Below, one piece after another: positions 8,761 through 17,724 of a DNA stretch of 33,261 nucleotides. This stretch comes from a virus (Duplodnaviria > Caudoviricetes): positions 1 through 33,261 of IMG/VR virus record IMGVR_UViG_3300020382_000130. One strand, written 5' to 3'. The first letter of the stretch is position 1. The number at the start of each line of letters is the position of its first letter. Made by a program: the position numbers and the translations under genes. The notes below the pieces were generated by a model. It saw only the letters and a program-made list of their open reading frames with translations. It was not told the origin of the DNA and ran no database searches.

Positions 8761-9828
8761 ATGTTTACGTTTAACCAATTAGAAAATATACATTTAGAAA
8801 TTACAAACCGCTGCCAAGCAAGTTGCCCGATGTGTAGCCGAAACGTACATGGCGGATTAGAAAATCCATTGATTAACAATCAAGACTGGACACTAGCAGA
8901 CTTTAAACACATATTAACTACTGATGTATTGCAGCAATTAAAAGGGTTTTATCTTTGTGGTAATTTTGGTGATCCTATTATTAATAACGAACTGATAGAT
9001 ATGTGCAGTTATAGTAGAGATGTAAACCCTAACTTATATATTAGAATACATACTAATGGAGGCGCACGATCTACAGATTGGTGGAAGCGACTAGCAAAGG
9101 CAATGCCAGCTGGGCATAATGTTATTTTTGCAATTGACGGATTAGCTGACACTCACAGTTTGTATAGAGTAGGAACTAGCTTTGATAAAGTATTAGAAAA
9201 CGCCAAAGCGTTTATTAGTGCAGGTGGTACAGCAGAATGGGCGTTTATTAAATTTAAACATAATGAGCATCAACAAGCCGCAGCAGAGGCACTAGCAAAA
9301 ACACACGGCTTTGCTAGATTTACTTACAAGGATAGTGCAAGATTTGTTGCTACTGAAAAGTTTCCAGTGTACGATAAAGCCGGCAACACAACACGTTATT
9401 TAGAACCTCCTACTGGCAGTAAGATTAATCTTATTACTCAAGACGTAATTGACAATTATAAAGATATCGTAGACGCTAGTGAAATTGATTGTTATGTAAA
9501 ACAAACAAAAGAAATTTATATAGATGCATATAAGAAAATTATGCCCTGTTGCTTCTTAGCAAGTATTCCTTATAACTATGCCGCCACGAATGATACTACA
9601 AAATCTATTAGATTAGAAATCGAACAACAGTATTCTAACTTAATTAACGATTTAGGTAATACAAGTGCATTAGAAAATACCGTACAATCGGTAATTGATT
9701 CTAGCGCATGGCAAACAGTGTGGCACAAATATTGGCATACGGAAAAATTAATTACATGTGCTAGAACATGCGGAGTTAACAAACTTAGCAAGCCCAAAGA
9801 TCAGTTTATAGAACATACTGAACTATGA
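8761..9828 (+). CDS. Radical SAM protein with C-terminal twitch/SPASM domain
   Basis: LEITNRCQASCPMC, GNFGDP, HTNGG, C-terminal IDC...PCC...CARTCG. Confidence 0.9.
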   Translation: MFTFNQLENIHLEITNRCQASCPMCSRNVHGGLENPLINNQDWTLADFKHILTTDVLQQLKGFYLCGNFGDPIINNELIDMCSYSRDVNPNLYIRIHTNGGARSTDWWKRLAKAMPAGHNVIFAIDGLADTHSLYRVGTSFDKVLENAKAFISAGGTAEWAFIKFKHNEHQQAAAEALAKTHGFARFTYKDSARFVATEKFPVYDKAGNTTRYLEPPTGSKINLITQDVIDNYKDIVDASEIDCYVKQTKEIYIDAYKKIMPCCFLASIPYNYAATNDTTKSIRLEIEQQYSNLINDLGNTSALENTVQSVIDSSAWQTVWHKYWHTEKLITCARTCGVNKLSKPKDQFIEHTEL

Positions 9829-10523
9829 TTTATTTTAATCCAGATTGGAAACATATAGGCATTAGTTTAAGCGGCGGAGCAGACAGCGCAATGTTAGCAT
9901 ACCTTGTATGCTCTGAAGTTAAAGATACACAAGTTCATATATTAAGTCATGTTCGTATGTGGAAAACTAGACCATGGCAACGCTATGATAGTATTAATGT
10001 GTACAATTGGTTAGTTAAACAATTTCCTCATATAAAATTTGTAAGACATGAAAACTTTATTCCTCCTGATTTAGAATACGGCGACAAAGGCGCATATATT
10101 AAAGACGAGTACAACCAATTGCGTAGTGGAGACCAGATTATTGTAAGAGCTCACGCAGAATGGATTGCGCATACTGAGAAGTTAGAAGCATGGTACGCTG
10201 GTAAAACTAAAAATCCTAGTGTTGATACGATTACCAAAGGAATGCCAGATAGGAATATTGTAGTTGAAGATCCTAGCGAACTCGTTAAAGATCATAACGG
10301 CGTCACAGTGTGTCATCCGTTTATATACACAGAAAAGGATGTAGTTATTGCTCAGTATGTCAAACACGATATACTAGACTTGTTAAATATTACTCGTAGT
10401 TGCGAAGGTGATTTCGCAACTTTAGACCATACTAACTATATACCTGGACAAGTTGTTCCTGAATGTGGAGAATGCTTTTGGTGTCAAGAACGTAACTGGG
10501 CAAAGGAAAAGAATAATGTCTGA
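9825..10523 (+). CDS. QueC-like PP-loop ATP pyrophosphatase (divergent)
   Basis: SLSGGADSA PP-loop and C-terminal TRSC...CGECFWC.ER Zn motif; lacks the usual QueC YGQ, VPxRN and YPDC motifs. Confidence 0.7.
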   Translation: MIYFNPDWKHIGISLSGGADSAMLAYLVCSEVKDTQVHILSHVRMWKTRPWQRYDSINVYNWLVKQFPHIKFVRHENFIPPDLEYGDKGAYIKDEYNQLRSGDQIIVRAHAEWIAHTEKLEAWYAGKTKNPSVDTITKGMPDRNIVVEDPSELVKDHNGVTVCHPFIYTEKDVVIAQYVKHDILDLLNITRSCEGDFATLDHTNYIPGQVVPECGECFWCQERNWAKEKNNV

Positions 10524-11904
10524 TTTAGAAAAGTACCAAGCTCAAATAGAAGAGGTATCCGGAACGCCAACGTTTTGTGTACTTCCTTGGATACACTTTG
10601 CAACCCGTCCAAATGGCGATATGCGGCTATGTTGTTCGTCTAATGCTAGTGGCGCAGGAGGAGATCATACTGTAGGGCTTGTTAAAATGGAAAACGGCAA
10701 GCCTGCAAACTTCGGCAGAGAAACACCAATGGAAGCATGGAACAACGAATACATGAAAAGTGTGCGTACAACTATGCTTAAAGGAGAAATACCTGCAAGT
10801 TGTACAAAGTGTTTTCAAGAAGAAAAAGTAGGTGTTGTAAGTAAGCGAGTATGGGAAACAGGTACTTGGCACTTAGACGAAAATGGCGTAGATATTCCAC
10901 ATTTAATTGAGCAAACAAAAGAAGATGGAACAGTACCGGAAGAGTTAGTTTACTTAGACTTGCGATTAGGACATACTTGCAACATTAAGTGTGTAATGTG
11001 CAGTCCACATGATTCGAGTAAATGGGTAATGGATCATAAAAAGTTAATGCCGCAGTTAGAAGATCCTGAGGTTATAAGACAAATGCAGTGGGATAAGAAA
11101 CAGTTTAATAACAAGTGGCACGAAAAAGATACATTCTGGGATGAGATGTATGCGCAAATTCCTAATCTAAAACAAGTGTATTTTGCAGGCGGCGAACCGT
11201 TAATGATTAAAGAACATAAAATGTTTATTGAAGAAATAGTACGCCAAGGCTATCAAGATAAAATTCTACTGCGTTACAATTCAAACGGATTATTAGTTGA
11301 TGACGAGTTAATTGAGTTGTGGAGTAAGTTTAAGAAAGTTAAGTTTGCTGTAAGTATGGATGCAAGCCACGAACGTGATGAGTATATACGATACCCTACA
11401 GATTGGAAAACAGTAGAAAAAACTTTACATATGCTAGACAACACTCCAGATAACATACAAACTAGTTTAGCAACAGCAATACAAATATTTAATATAAAGC
11501 ATTTGCCTGATTTTATGAAATGGAAGATAGAATCTGGATTCAAAAAACTAAACAGCGGCACAGTACCAGGTAATGTGCAAATGGGCGGAGGATTAGTTAA
11601 CATGCACTTATTATACATTCCGACATTCCTAAGTATACAAATACTTCCTAAGGAAGACAAGTTAGACGTAGAGCGTCGATTTATGGAGTTTAAAGATTGG
11701 TTATGGGAAAACTATAGACAAGATGATGATTTTTGGATACATAATCCATATGGCTGGCAACGATGGGAAGCTGTATTAAATCATATGAACGCAGAAGATA
11801 ACAGTCACTTACTACCTGGATTTAAAGAGTATGTAAATAAACTTGATGCAATACGCGGATTACACGCAGCAGATGTATTTCCAGAACTAGCACATCTATT
11901 ATGA
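10516..11904 (+). CDS. Radical SAM protein with N-terminal twitch/SPASM-like domain
   Basis: N-terminal FCVLPW..RLCC..SCTKC, then CNIKCVMC and FAGGEPL; the ATG at 10516 follows an AAGGA SD. Confidence 0.9.
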   Translation: MSDLEKYQAQIEEVSGTPTFCVLPWIHFATRPNGDMRLCCSSNASGAGGDHTVGLVKMENGKPANFGRETPMEAWNNEYMKSVRTTMLKGEIPASCTKCFQEEKVGVVSKRVWETGTWHLDENGVDIPHLIEQTKEDGTVPEELVYLDLRLGHTCNIKCVMCSPHDSSKWVMDHKKLMPQLEDPEVIRQMQWDKKQFNNKWHEKDTFWDEMYAQIPNLKQVYFAGGEPLMIKEHKMFIEEIVRQGYQDKILLRYNSNGLLVDDELIELWSKFKKVKFAVSMDASHERDEYIRYPTDWKTVEKTLHMLDNTPDNIQTSLATAIQIFNIKHLPDFMKWKIESGFKKLNSGTVPGNVQMGGGLVNMHLLYIPTFLSIQILPKEDKLDVERRFMEFKDWLWENYRQDDDFWIHNPYGWQRWEAVLNHMNAEDNSHLLPGFKEYVNKLDAIRGLHAADVFPELAHLL

Positions 11905-12924
11905 AAGATTTAGTATTTGAAAATCAGCTAACTCTTTTGCCTTTGGCACACACATTCCGCACCCACATCTGTCATTAGGGCAAATAATTGTTTTATCCTT
12001 ATTTACTTCGACATACTTAAATATAGCATCGGTATCTTTTAAGTTACCTAAGACGCCTCTACGTCCATCGTGTAGTGCTTGACAAGTCTGATGATGATAC
12101 ACATCGCCAGTATGCTGATCAATATGCAAAAAGTATTTGTTAACACTACAAGCCCACCCTTTAAAATTTGTATCAATAAAGTTTACATCTTGCCATTTAC
12201 CATTTACTTTTCCTTGCACACATCTTCCACCACAGCAATTGCGTCCTTCTTTAGGACTTGTAATACCTAAGTATTCAAAATACCATTTTGTTTGCTCGTC
12301 ATTGTAATCATGACTTGTACGTCTTTGTGATCCATCGGAATCAATAAACCATCCTTTACGGTCAATGCCGCCATCACCTATAGGGCGAGGATTATGTTTT
12401 ATGCCTAGTTCTTTTAGTTCGGCACATATTTGTTTGCACTCGTCAAAGTAATCGACATGCATCATTACATTAACTTGTATCCAAATACCTAAGTCATGTA
12501 ATAATTTAATGTTGTCCATAGTTTGCTTTTTAAGTTTTTCGTGTCCTTCGGCATGATAACTTACAGTAACACCTTCAAACCATTTAGAAATACGATCCGT
12601 ATTCTTAGGATGCCATGCACCATTAGTAGTTAAGCTAAGTCTAAATCTTGTTTCATTATCATTAATATATTCTGCAAATTTCCAAAAAGCTGGATTAACT
12701 GTAGGTTCGCCACCTGTAAAGTTTATGTTAACTAATTGTTCGCCTGTGTACTTTTTTACGAACTCAAATGTGCGTAGTAGTTCTTCATAACTATGAGGCG
12801 CACTTTTATTGTCGTGCCTAGTTGCTTCGCAGTAAGTACAATCAAAATTACATCTGCGCCCAGTATCCCATGTAACCATAAGACGTTCTGGATTAGGTAG
12901 TCTTACTGCACTAGTTTTTAACAT
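11899..12924 (-). CDS. Radical SAM protein with C-terminal Cys-rich domain
   Basis: CNFDCTYC, FTGGEPT, TTNG, NFKGWAC...TC...CPNDRCGCGMC. Confidence 0.9.
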   Translation of the reverse strand: MLKTSAVRLPNPERLMVTWDTGRRCNFDCTYCEATRHDNKSAPHSYEELLRTFEFVKKYTGEQLVNINFTGGEPTVNPAFWKFAEYINDNETRFRLSLTTNGAWHPKNTDRISKWFEGVTVSYHAEGHEKLKKQTMDNIKLLHDLGIWIQVNVMMHVDYFDECKQICAELKELGIKHNPRPIGDGGIDRKGWFIDSDGSQRRTSHDYNDEQTKWYFEYLGITSPKEGRNCCGGRCVQGKVNGKWQDVNFIDTNFKGWACSVNKYFLHIDQHTGDVYHHQTCQALHDGRRGVLGNLKDTDAIFKYVEVNKDKTIICPNDRCGCGMCVPKAKELADFQILNLS

Positions 12925-13825
12925 CTGATACCTTTGTTAGTGGAATATCTGCTACACATGTACAAAATTGCCGGGTACATATAATAGGAGCAACAGGTGA
13001 TTCGAAAGTGTTTTTATAAATATTGCCTAAACTTCCGCCCACTCTGCAAGTAGCACGATGCACTTCACCGTCCCAATTAATCATTAAGCTTTCTAATCCT
13101 GCGTTACATGTCCAGCCTTTAAACTGATTGCGGGTATTCTTAATCACATCGTTAGCATGAATTAATTCTTTATCGTCTATAACACAGTTTGGTTTTACAG
13201 TTGCAATTTTACTTAGTATCCATTCTAAGTCTTCTGCTTGATAACGTAAATCGTCAAACCAGTCACGGTTCTCTGCTTCGGTCCATCGTATGCGTCTTGT
13301 AACATATGGAACATTATGTCCATCCAGTAATGTAGCTGCTGCTCTAACTTCGTCCATGTGTTCGTGATGACACATTAGATTAACTTGAAACCTAGTGTTA
13401 AGTTCAAGCATATCTATCTCTTGGGAATATTTAACAATATTCTCTGCTGCCCGTAAACTATGCTTGTTATCAAAATGTAAACTGAACACCCATTGATCGA
13501 CAGGCTGTGCAGCATACCAATCCGAAGTACGTAACCCGTTTGTTGTAACACTTAGCCAATCAAGATTTTCACTTGCGTATTTTAATATAGCTGAAATTTT
13601 AGGGTGTACTGTAGGCTCACCGCCAGTTAAACTAAGACGTATAGGTTTATCTAATTCTGCTAATTTATATATTGCAGCAGTCATAGTATCTATATTAGTG
13701 TGTGGACTAAAGTTATCATGTATTTCCGCAGGGCAGTATCCGCAATCTAAATTACAGCGTTTACCAACATTCCATTCTATATGAATACTAGTCTGGTGTC
13801 CCCATCGACTCTCTACTTTATACAT
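12911..13825 (-). CDS. Radical SAM protein with C-terminal SPASM/twitch domain
   Basis: CNLDCGYC, LTGGEPT, NQFKGWTCNAG...TC...CTRQFCTC; the ATG at 13825 overlaps the upstream stop (ATGTATAA). Confidence 0.9.
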   Translation of the reverse strand: MYKVESRWGHQTSIHIEWNVGKRCNLDCGYCPAEIHDNFSPHTNIDTMTAAIYKLAELDKPIRLSLTGGEPTVHPKISAILKYASENLDWLSVTTNGLRTSDWYAAQPVDQWVFSLHFDNKHSLRAAENIVKYSQEIDMLELNTRFQVNLMCHHEHMDEVRAAATLLDGHNVPYVTRRIRWTEAENRDWFDDLRYQAEDLEWILSKIATVKPNCVIDDKELIHANDVIKNTRNQFKGWTCNAGLESLMINWDGEVHRATCRVGGSLGNIYKNTFESPVAPIICTRQFCTCVADIPLTKVSDVKN

Positions 13826-15086
13826 ATGGTTTGAATTCTGGATTAGCTGCAAGGAAGTCTTGCCCTCGAGTTTTATCTAATCGATGATTAAACTCTATAC
13901 AGTCTTGCCAATGTGTTTCGTACATACATTTTGATGTTAGGAAATTAATATTATCCTGTATCTGTTGTAGCGTTACAGTTTCTAATAGTTTATGCTGTTT
14001 TACTAACGGATATTCTACTATCTCTGTTTTCATTTCTTCTAAACGTGCTACTACTTTTGCTTTTAGCTCCGGCGGCAGCACTTGCGCACTCAAGCTCATA
14101 GGATAGTTTACTCTATGTGAATAGAATATAATTCCAAGTTTGTTAATAAAGTAATCAATAACTTTATCAATTTGCATTATATTATTTGCTTGTACAGTAA
14201 ATGCACCAACTACCCGAGTTACATTGGGAAAGCTCTTGAACACTTTAATGTTTTTTTCTATTACGCTAAATTTACCATTGCCTCTGATATACTCGTAAAC
14301 GTCATGTACACCGTCTATGCTTACGTTTACAGCTATGCTACGAAACTTAGGCCAATAGTCATGGATTGTTCTTCCACCTTTAATACCCAGTGTAGTGCCG
14401 TTTGTAGCGTACTTTAGCTCTATATTGTCACCATACTCTGCAAGCTTGTCTAATATCTTATAATGATATGGATCCATCAGTGGTTCGCCACCTGCAAACT
14501 CTACACGCCTAAAGAATGGTAATAGTTTTTCAAATGATAACCACCAGTTATCACTATTGTCAAATGGACCTATGTACTGCCCGGGCTTGTCTACTAATGA
14601 TTCAACAGTTGGTATTAAGTAGTTATTTTCCTTCTTATAAAACTCAGTAACTTGATCCCAGTCCTTCCAGCTAGTACTATCTAATGGATTACACATACGA
14701 CATTTTAAGTTACACAGATTGTTTAGTTTGATTTCCATAGTAGGAAATTCAAACGGCATTGTATAATCTTCAGCTAATGCGTCTAAGGCGTCGGGGTATA
14801 AGTTGACCCTAGCTTCGGGTATTACTCCTGCTGTATGACGCTGTCGTAAGCTCTGCACACCCTGATCTTCTAAGTCAAAACAAGGTTTACAAACTTCTGG
14901 TCGCTCGTCATTTAATACCTGTCTGCGTACTTCGCGCATAGCATTGCCATTCCAAGCTTCTTCAAGAGTTTCGTCTTGTATAAAACCAATCGGCTGACTA
15001 CGACAGCATACCTTAATAGCACCGTCTTCGCGTGTAGCTAATCCTGTAAACGGATGCATACAGAATGTACATGAGTTGTTGTTCAT
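13818..15086 (-). CDS. Radical SAM protein with N-terminal twitch/SPASM-like domain
   Basis: FCMHPF..KVCC..VCKPC, then CNLKCRMC, FAGGEPL, YATNGT. Confidence 0.9.
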   Translation of the reverse strand: MNNNSCTFCMHPFTGLATREDGAIKVCCRSQPIGFIQDETLEEAWNGNAMREVRRQVLNDERPEVCKPCFDLEDQGVQSLRQRHTAGVIPEARVNLYPDALDALAEDYTMPFEFPTMEIKLNNLCNLKCRMCNPLDSTSWKDWDQVTEFYKKENNYLIPTVESLVDKPGQYIGPFDNSDNWWLSFEKLLPFFRRVEFAGGEPLMDPYHYKILDKLAEYGDNIELKYATNGTTLGIKGGRTIHDYWPKFRSIAVNVSIDGVHDVYEYIRGNGKFSVIEKNIKVFKSFPNVTRVVGAFTVQANNIMQIDKVIDYFINKLGIIFYSHRVNYPMSLSAQVLPPELKAKVVARLEEMKTEIVEYPLVKQHKLLETVTLQQIQDNINFLTSKCMYETHWQDCIEFNHRLDKTRGQDFLAANPEFKPYV

Positions 15087-15091
15087 AAAAG

Positions 15092-15120
15092 TACTTATCC
15101 ATTAACTACACATATAAATA
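15092..15120. promoter_or_regulatory. Back-to-back T4-late-like promoters
   Basis: ATAAGTA on minus (15092-15098) 5 nt before the ATG at 15086; TATAAATA on plus (15113-15120) 5 nt before the ATG at 15126. Confidence 0.75.
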
Positions 15121-15125
15121 GATAT

Positions 15126-15806
15126 ATGATAACACAGACTAATTACTTTGTCAATGACAAAATTAAAAAAGAGATAAAGTCTGCTGATAGAATCGCTATA
15201 GGCTTCAAGTTGCCTTTGAATCAGCCCACCGCAGATTTCTTTTACGATGTATGGACTATTAAAGAAGAATACAAAGGAACTGTATGGGACAAACTGCTGT
15301 CTACATTGCCTAATAACATAGGCGAGGCACGTTTAATAAATTTAGAGCCAGGGCAAGCATATCGATCCCATGCAGATATGGATGATAGATATCATTTTAA
15401 TATACAAGGCGAACGCAGTTTTGTAATATATACTGATGCTAATGTAATATACCCACAAGTAGAATCAAACTATTGGTCTGACATGAATGCCGGCGAACTT
15501 CATAGTGCAGTAAATACAGGAAGAATTAACAGAATACAATTAGTAGTTAGGAAACTACTTAATAAAAATGTATTAATAGATCCAGTACATATAAAAATGA
15601 CACAAAAGGAATTTAACCCTGATTACAGATATGTATTCGATGAGTTTTATAGCCCTTGGCTCAATGCAGCAAATAAGAACGGGATAGTAAATAGCTTTGT
15701 GTATAACTATGACTATGTTTCGTTTAACATTGAAAGCAGATATCTAGAAGAATTTAAATTAATAGAATCTTCGTATTTTAATTTATTAATAGGTCCGGCA
15801 ATATGA
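15126..15806 (+). CDS. Asp/Asn beta-hydroxylase-like Fe(II)/2OG dioxygenase with C-terminal extension
   Basis: ARLINLEPG..YRSHAD (HxD), LHSAVN.G...R. Confidence 0.7.
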   Translation: MITQTNYFVNDKIKKEIKSADRIAIGFKLPLNQPTADFFYDVWTIKEEYKGTVWDKLLSTLPNNIGEARLINLEPGQAYRSHADMDDRYHFNIQGERSFVIYTDANVIYPQVESNYWSDMNAGELHSAVNTGRINRIQLVVRKLLNKNVLIDPVHIKMTQKEFNPDYRYVFDEFYSPWLNAANKNGIVNSFVYNYDYVSFNIESRYLEEFKLIESSYFNLLIGPAI

Positions 15807-16360
15807 AATACTTTAAATATTACAATGGATTTCCTGGACCAACGAGTCTAGTATATACCGGTGAACTAATAGAAAATAAATTAACTTTAACATTTAATAA
15901 TCGAGATTGGTTTAATAGAGAACTTAAAGGTATTGGCATGCTATCTAATAAAGAATATTTGCCTAACGTACTAGACGTTAATGTTAACGCACTATCGATA
16001 ACAGTAGAGCACGGTACTAATCTTAATCATGCACTGTATGAGAACCTAAAACTTCCGCAAAACTGGAAACAGCAAGTACTTGGAGTAGTAAAAGATTTGG
16101 AACAGTCGTCTGTATATAAGTTAAATTTATATCCTCATACTTTTATGTTTGTAAATAACAAAGTTAAATTAATTGATCTATACGCCTGTGCAGGCGCACA
16201 TGAAAAGATAGAATACAGCACAATAGAAAGTATTGTACAACCGGCATCAGAAAAACGATTCAAGTTTATAAAAGATGGATATTTAGAAATAGATAAAATT
16301 TATCAATACACAAAGGATAATAATGCAGGAGAATGGGAAGGAGATATGCTAAATGGCTAA
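15803..16360 (+). CDS. Protein-kinase-like fold protein (degenerate catalytic loop)
   Basis: F.RE (alphaC Glu), P.VL, KLNLYPHTF at the catalytic-loop position, KLIDL (DFG-like). Confidence 0.55.
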   Translation: MKYFKYYNGFPGPTSLVYTGELIENKLTLTFNNRDWFNRELKGIGMLSNKEYLPNVLDVNVNALSITVEHGTNLNHALYENLKLPQNWKQQVLGVVKDLEQSSVYKLNLYPHTFMFVNNKVKLIDLYACAGAHEKIEYSTIESIVQPASEKRFKFIKDGYLEIDKIYQYTKDNNAGEWEGDMLNG

Positions 16361-16898
16361 ATTTATAGGAGTTTGTGATTCAATTGATTGGGACTCATTA
16401 ATATCACACTTAGCACAACAAGAAGCCGCGTACATTGGACCGAGGCACGATGTAGGGCATGATGTTATTGGAGTTGAGGAAGTAGCAAAACCGTTGCGAG
16501 ATGCAGGCTATAAAATGGTAGATGAAGGTGGTAATGCTAGTTGGGATATGTATTTCCCAGAAATTAACTTCGACGAAGAAATTATAACTGAATTTAAAAA
16601 TTTTATAGGAATGGACAGCTATATCAACGCTTGGGTTAGTCGAGTAAAACCTGGAGATGTAGCTCCGTGGCATTGGGACATTACTGATGACGAAGATACA
16701 TTAATGTACAATAAAAATATAAGGAGATTTCATTGTCATATTAGTCCTCCTAAGCCTGGGCACGTTCTTATAGTAGAAGATACTTGTTTATATAATCAAC
16801 AGCAAGGAGCAGTCTGGGAATGGGAAGCTCGTACAAGTTGGCATGCAGGGTGTAATGCTGGACTTGAGCCTAAGTACTTATTAAATATCTGGGGTTAG
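16353..16898 (+). CDS. Asp/Asn beta-hydroxylase-like cupin dioxygenase
   Basis: SRVKPGDVAPWHWD (HxD), WHAGCN. Confidence 0.7.
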   Translation: MAKFIGVCDSIDWDSLISHLAQQEAAYIGPRHDVGHDVIGVEEVAKPLRDAGYKMVDEGGNASWDMYFPEINFDEEIITEFKNFIGMDSYINAWVSRVKPGDVAPWHWDITDDEDTLMYNKNIRRFHCHISPPKPGHVLIVEDTCLYNQQQGAVWEWEARTSWHAGCNAGLEPKYLLNIWG

Positions 16899-17675
16899 TG
16901 TTTTTCTAAACTCGTCTGTAAACTCACCGTCAATTCTTAAACCGTAAGTTTGTGCCATAACTTTATTGCCGCCGTGCCAGTCTTGATCGTTCCACCAAGC
17001 AGCCCGAGCATTTATAGTATGTCTTTCTTTTGTTTCAGGATCCCATATGTAAAACTGATTACGAGTATCTGGGCGTATATGTATAAAGTCGTTAACATTA
17101 TCAAATGTTTTATTCATACCGTTTTTTGCATCTAAGTCACGGTGCTCAAATGGCATTCCGTCGTGTTCACAATGAAAGAAAATAACTCGTCCTATATGTT
17201 TAAAGATTTTGTCTTCTTTCATTTTTAAGATCCAGTTAACTACACTTGGAAAATACCCAGCCTCTTCGGTCATTTGTCGTTCACCGGGCCTATGGTCCCA
17301 ATCGCCTTCTTCCCACAAAAAGTAATAGATGTACGGATCGTATGCACCCATAGCCATTTTTAAGTAGCGTGTAAACAAATTTCTTTGTTTGTAGTCCTTA
17401 AAGTCTGCCGGCCATAGTTTCATTCCTTCTACTTTGATAGGATCACTATCGTCTAGTGCTTGAAAATTATTCATAGCTTGATATATAGGAGTCCAATTTA
17501 ATATGTAACTCATATCTTCAAGAGTAAATCCAGGCTCCATCCAAGTGCCTTCTTTAGCGAATTGTCTTGCTTGCGCAAACCCACTATAAATTTCAGGCTG
17601 AAGTTTGTCGAATGTATCCATGTCAAGATACGGTGTTACGTTTATATATGGCCGCCCGCCAATACCATTTATCAT
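16881..17675 (-). CDS. Putative Fe(II)/2OG dioxygenase-like protein
   Basis: GRVIFF..FEHRD (HxD), WHGG, LRID. Start moved to the ATG at 17675 because ATAAGTA lies 5 nt upstream. Confidence 0.6.
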   Translation of the reverse strand: MINGIGGRPYINVTPYLDMDTFDKLQPEIYSGFAQARQFAKEGTWMEPGFTLEDMSYILNWTPIYQAMNNFQALDDSDPIKVEGMKLWPADFKDYKQRNLFTRYLKMAMGAYDPYIYYFLWEEGDWDHRPGERQMTEEAGYFPSVVNWILKMKEDKIFKHIGRVIFFHCEHDGMPFEHRDLDAKNGMNKTFDNVNDFIHIRPDTRNQFYIWDPETKERHTINARAAWWNDQDWHGGNKVMAQTYGLRIDGEFTDEFRKTLTPDI

Positions 17676-17680
17676 GCAAA

Positions 17681-17714
17681 TACTTATCATATAAATAATA
17701 GTAGCATATAAATA
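17681..17714. promoter_or_regulatory. Divergent late-type promoters, duplicated on the plus side
   Basis: ATAAGTA on minus at 17681-17687; CATATAAATA twice on plus (17688-17697 and 17705-17714). Confidence 0.7.
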
Positions 17715-17724
17715 TGGACTAGAC

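Noticed and set aside
8655-8879. 74-aa minus ORF upstream of speD as a possible leader or precursor peptide
   Set aside because: It overlaps the rSAM gene antisense and runs through the promoter and hairpin region, with no translation signals.
9825-10523. Calling this gene queC
   Set aside because: Only the PP-loop and Zn motif match; the diagnostic QueC motifs are missing, so no symbol was assigned.
11899-12924. Viperin-like identity (CN..C..C, INFTGGEP)
   Set aside because: It lacks the viperin N(Y/F)H..R.CNY.C.FCF pattern and has a Cys-rich C-terminal domain that viperins lack.
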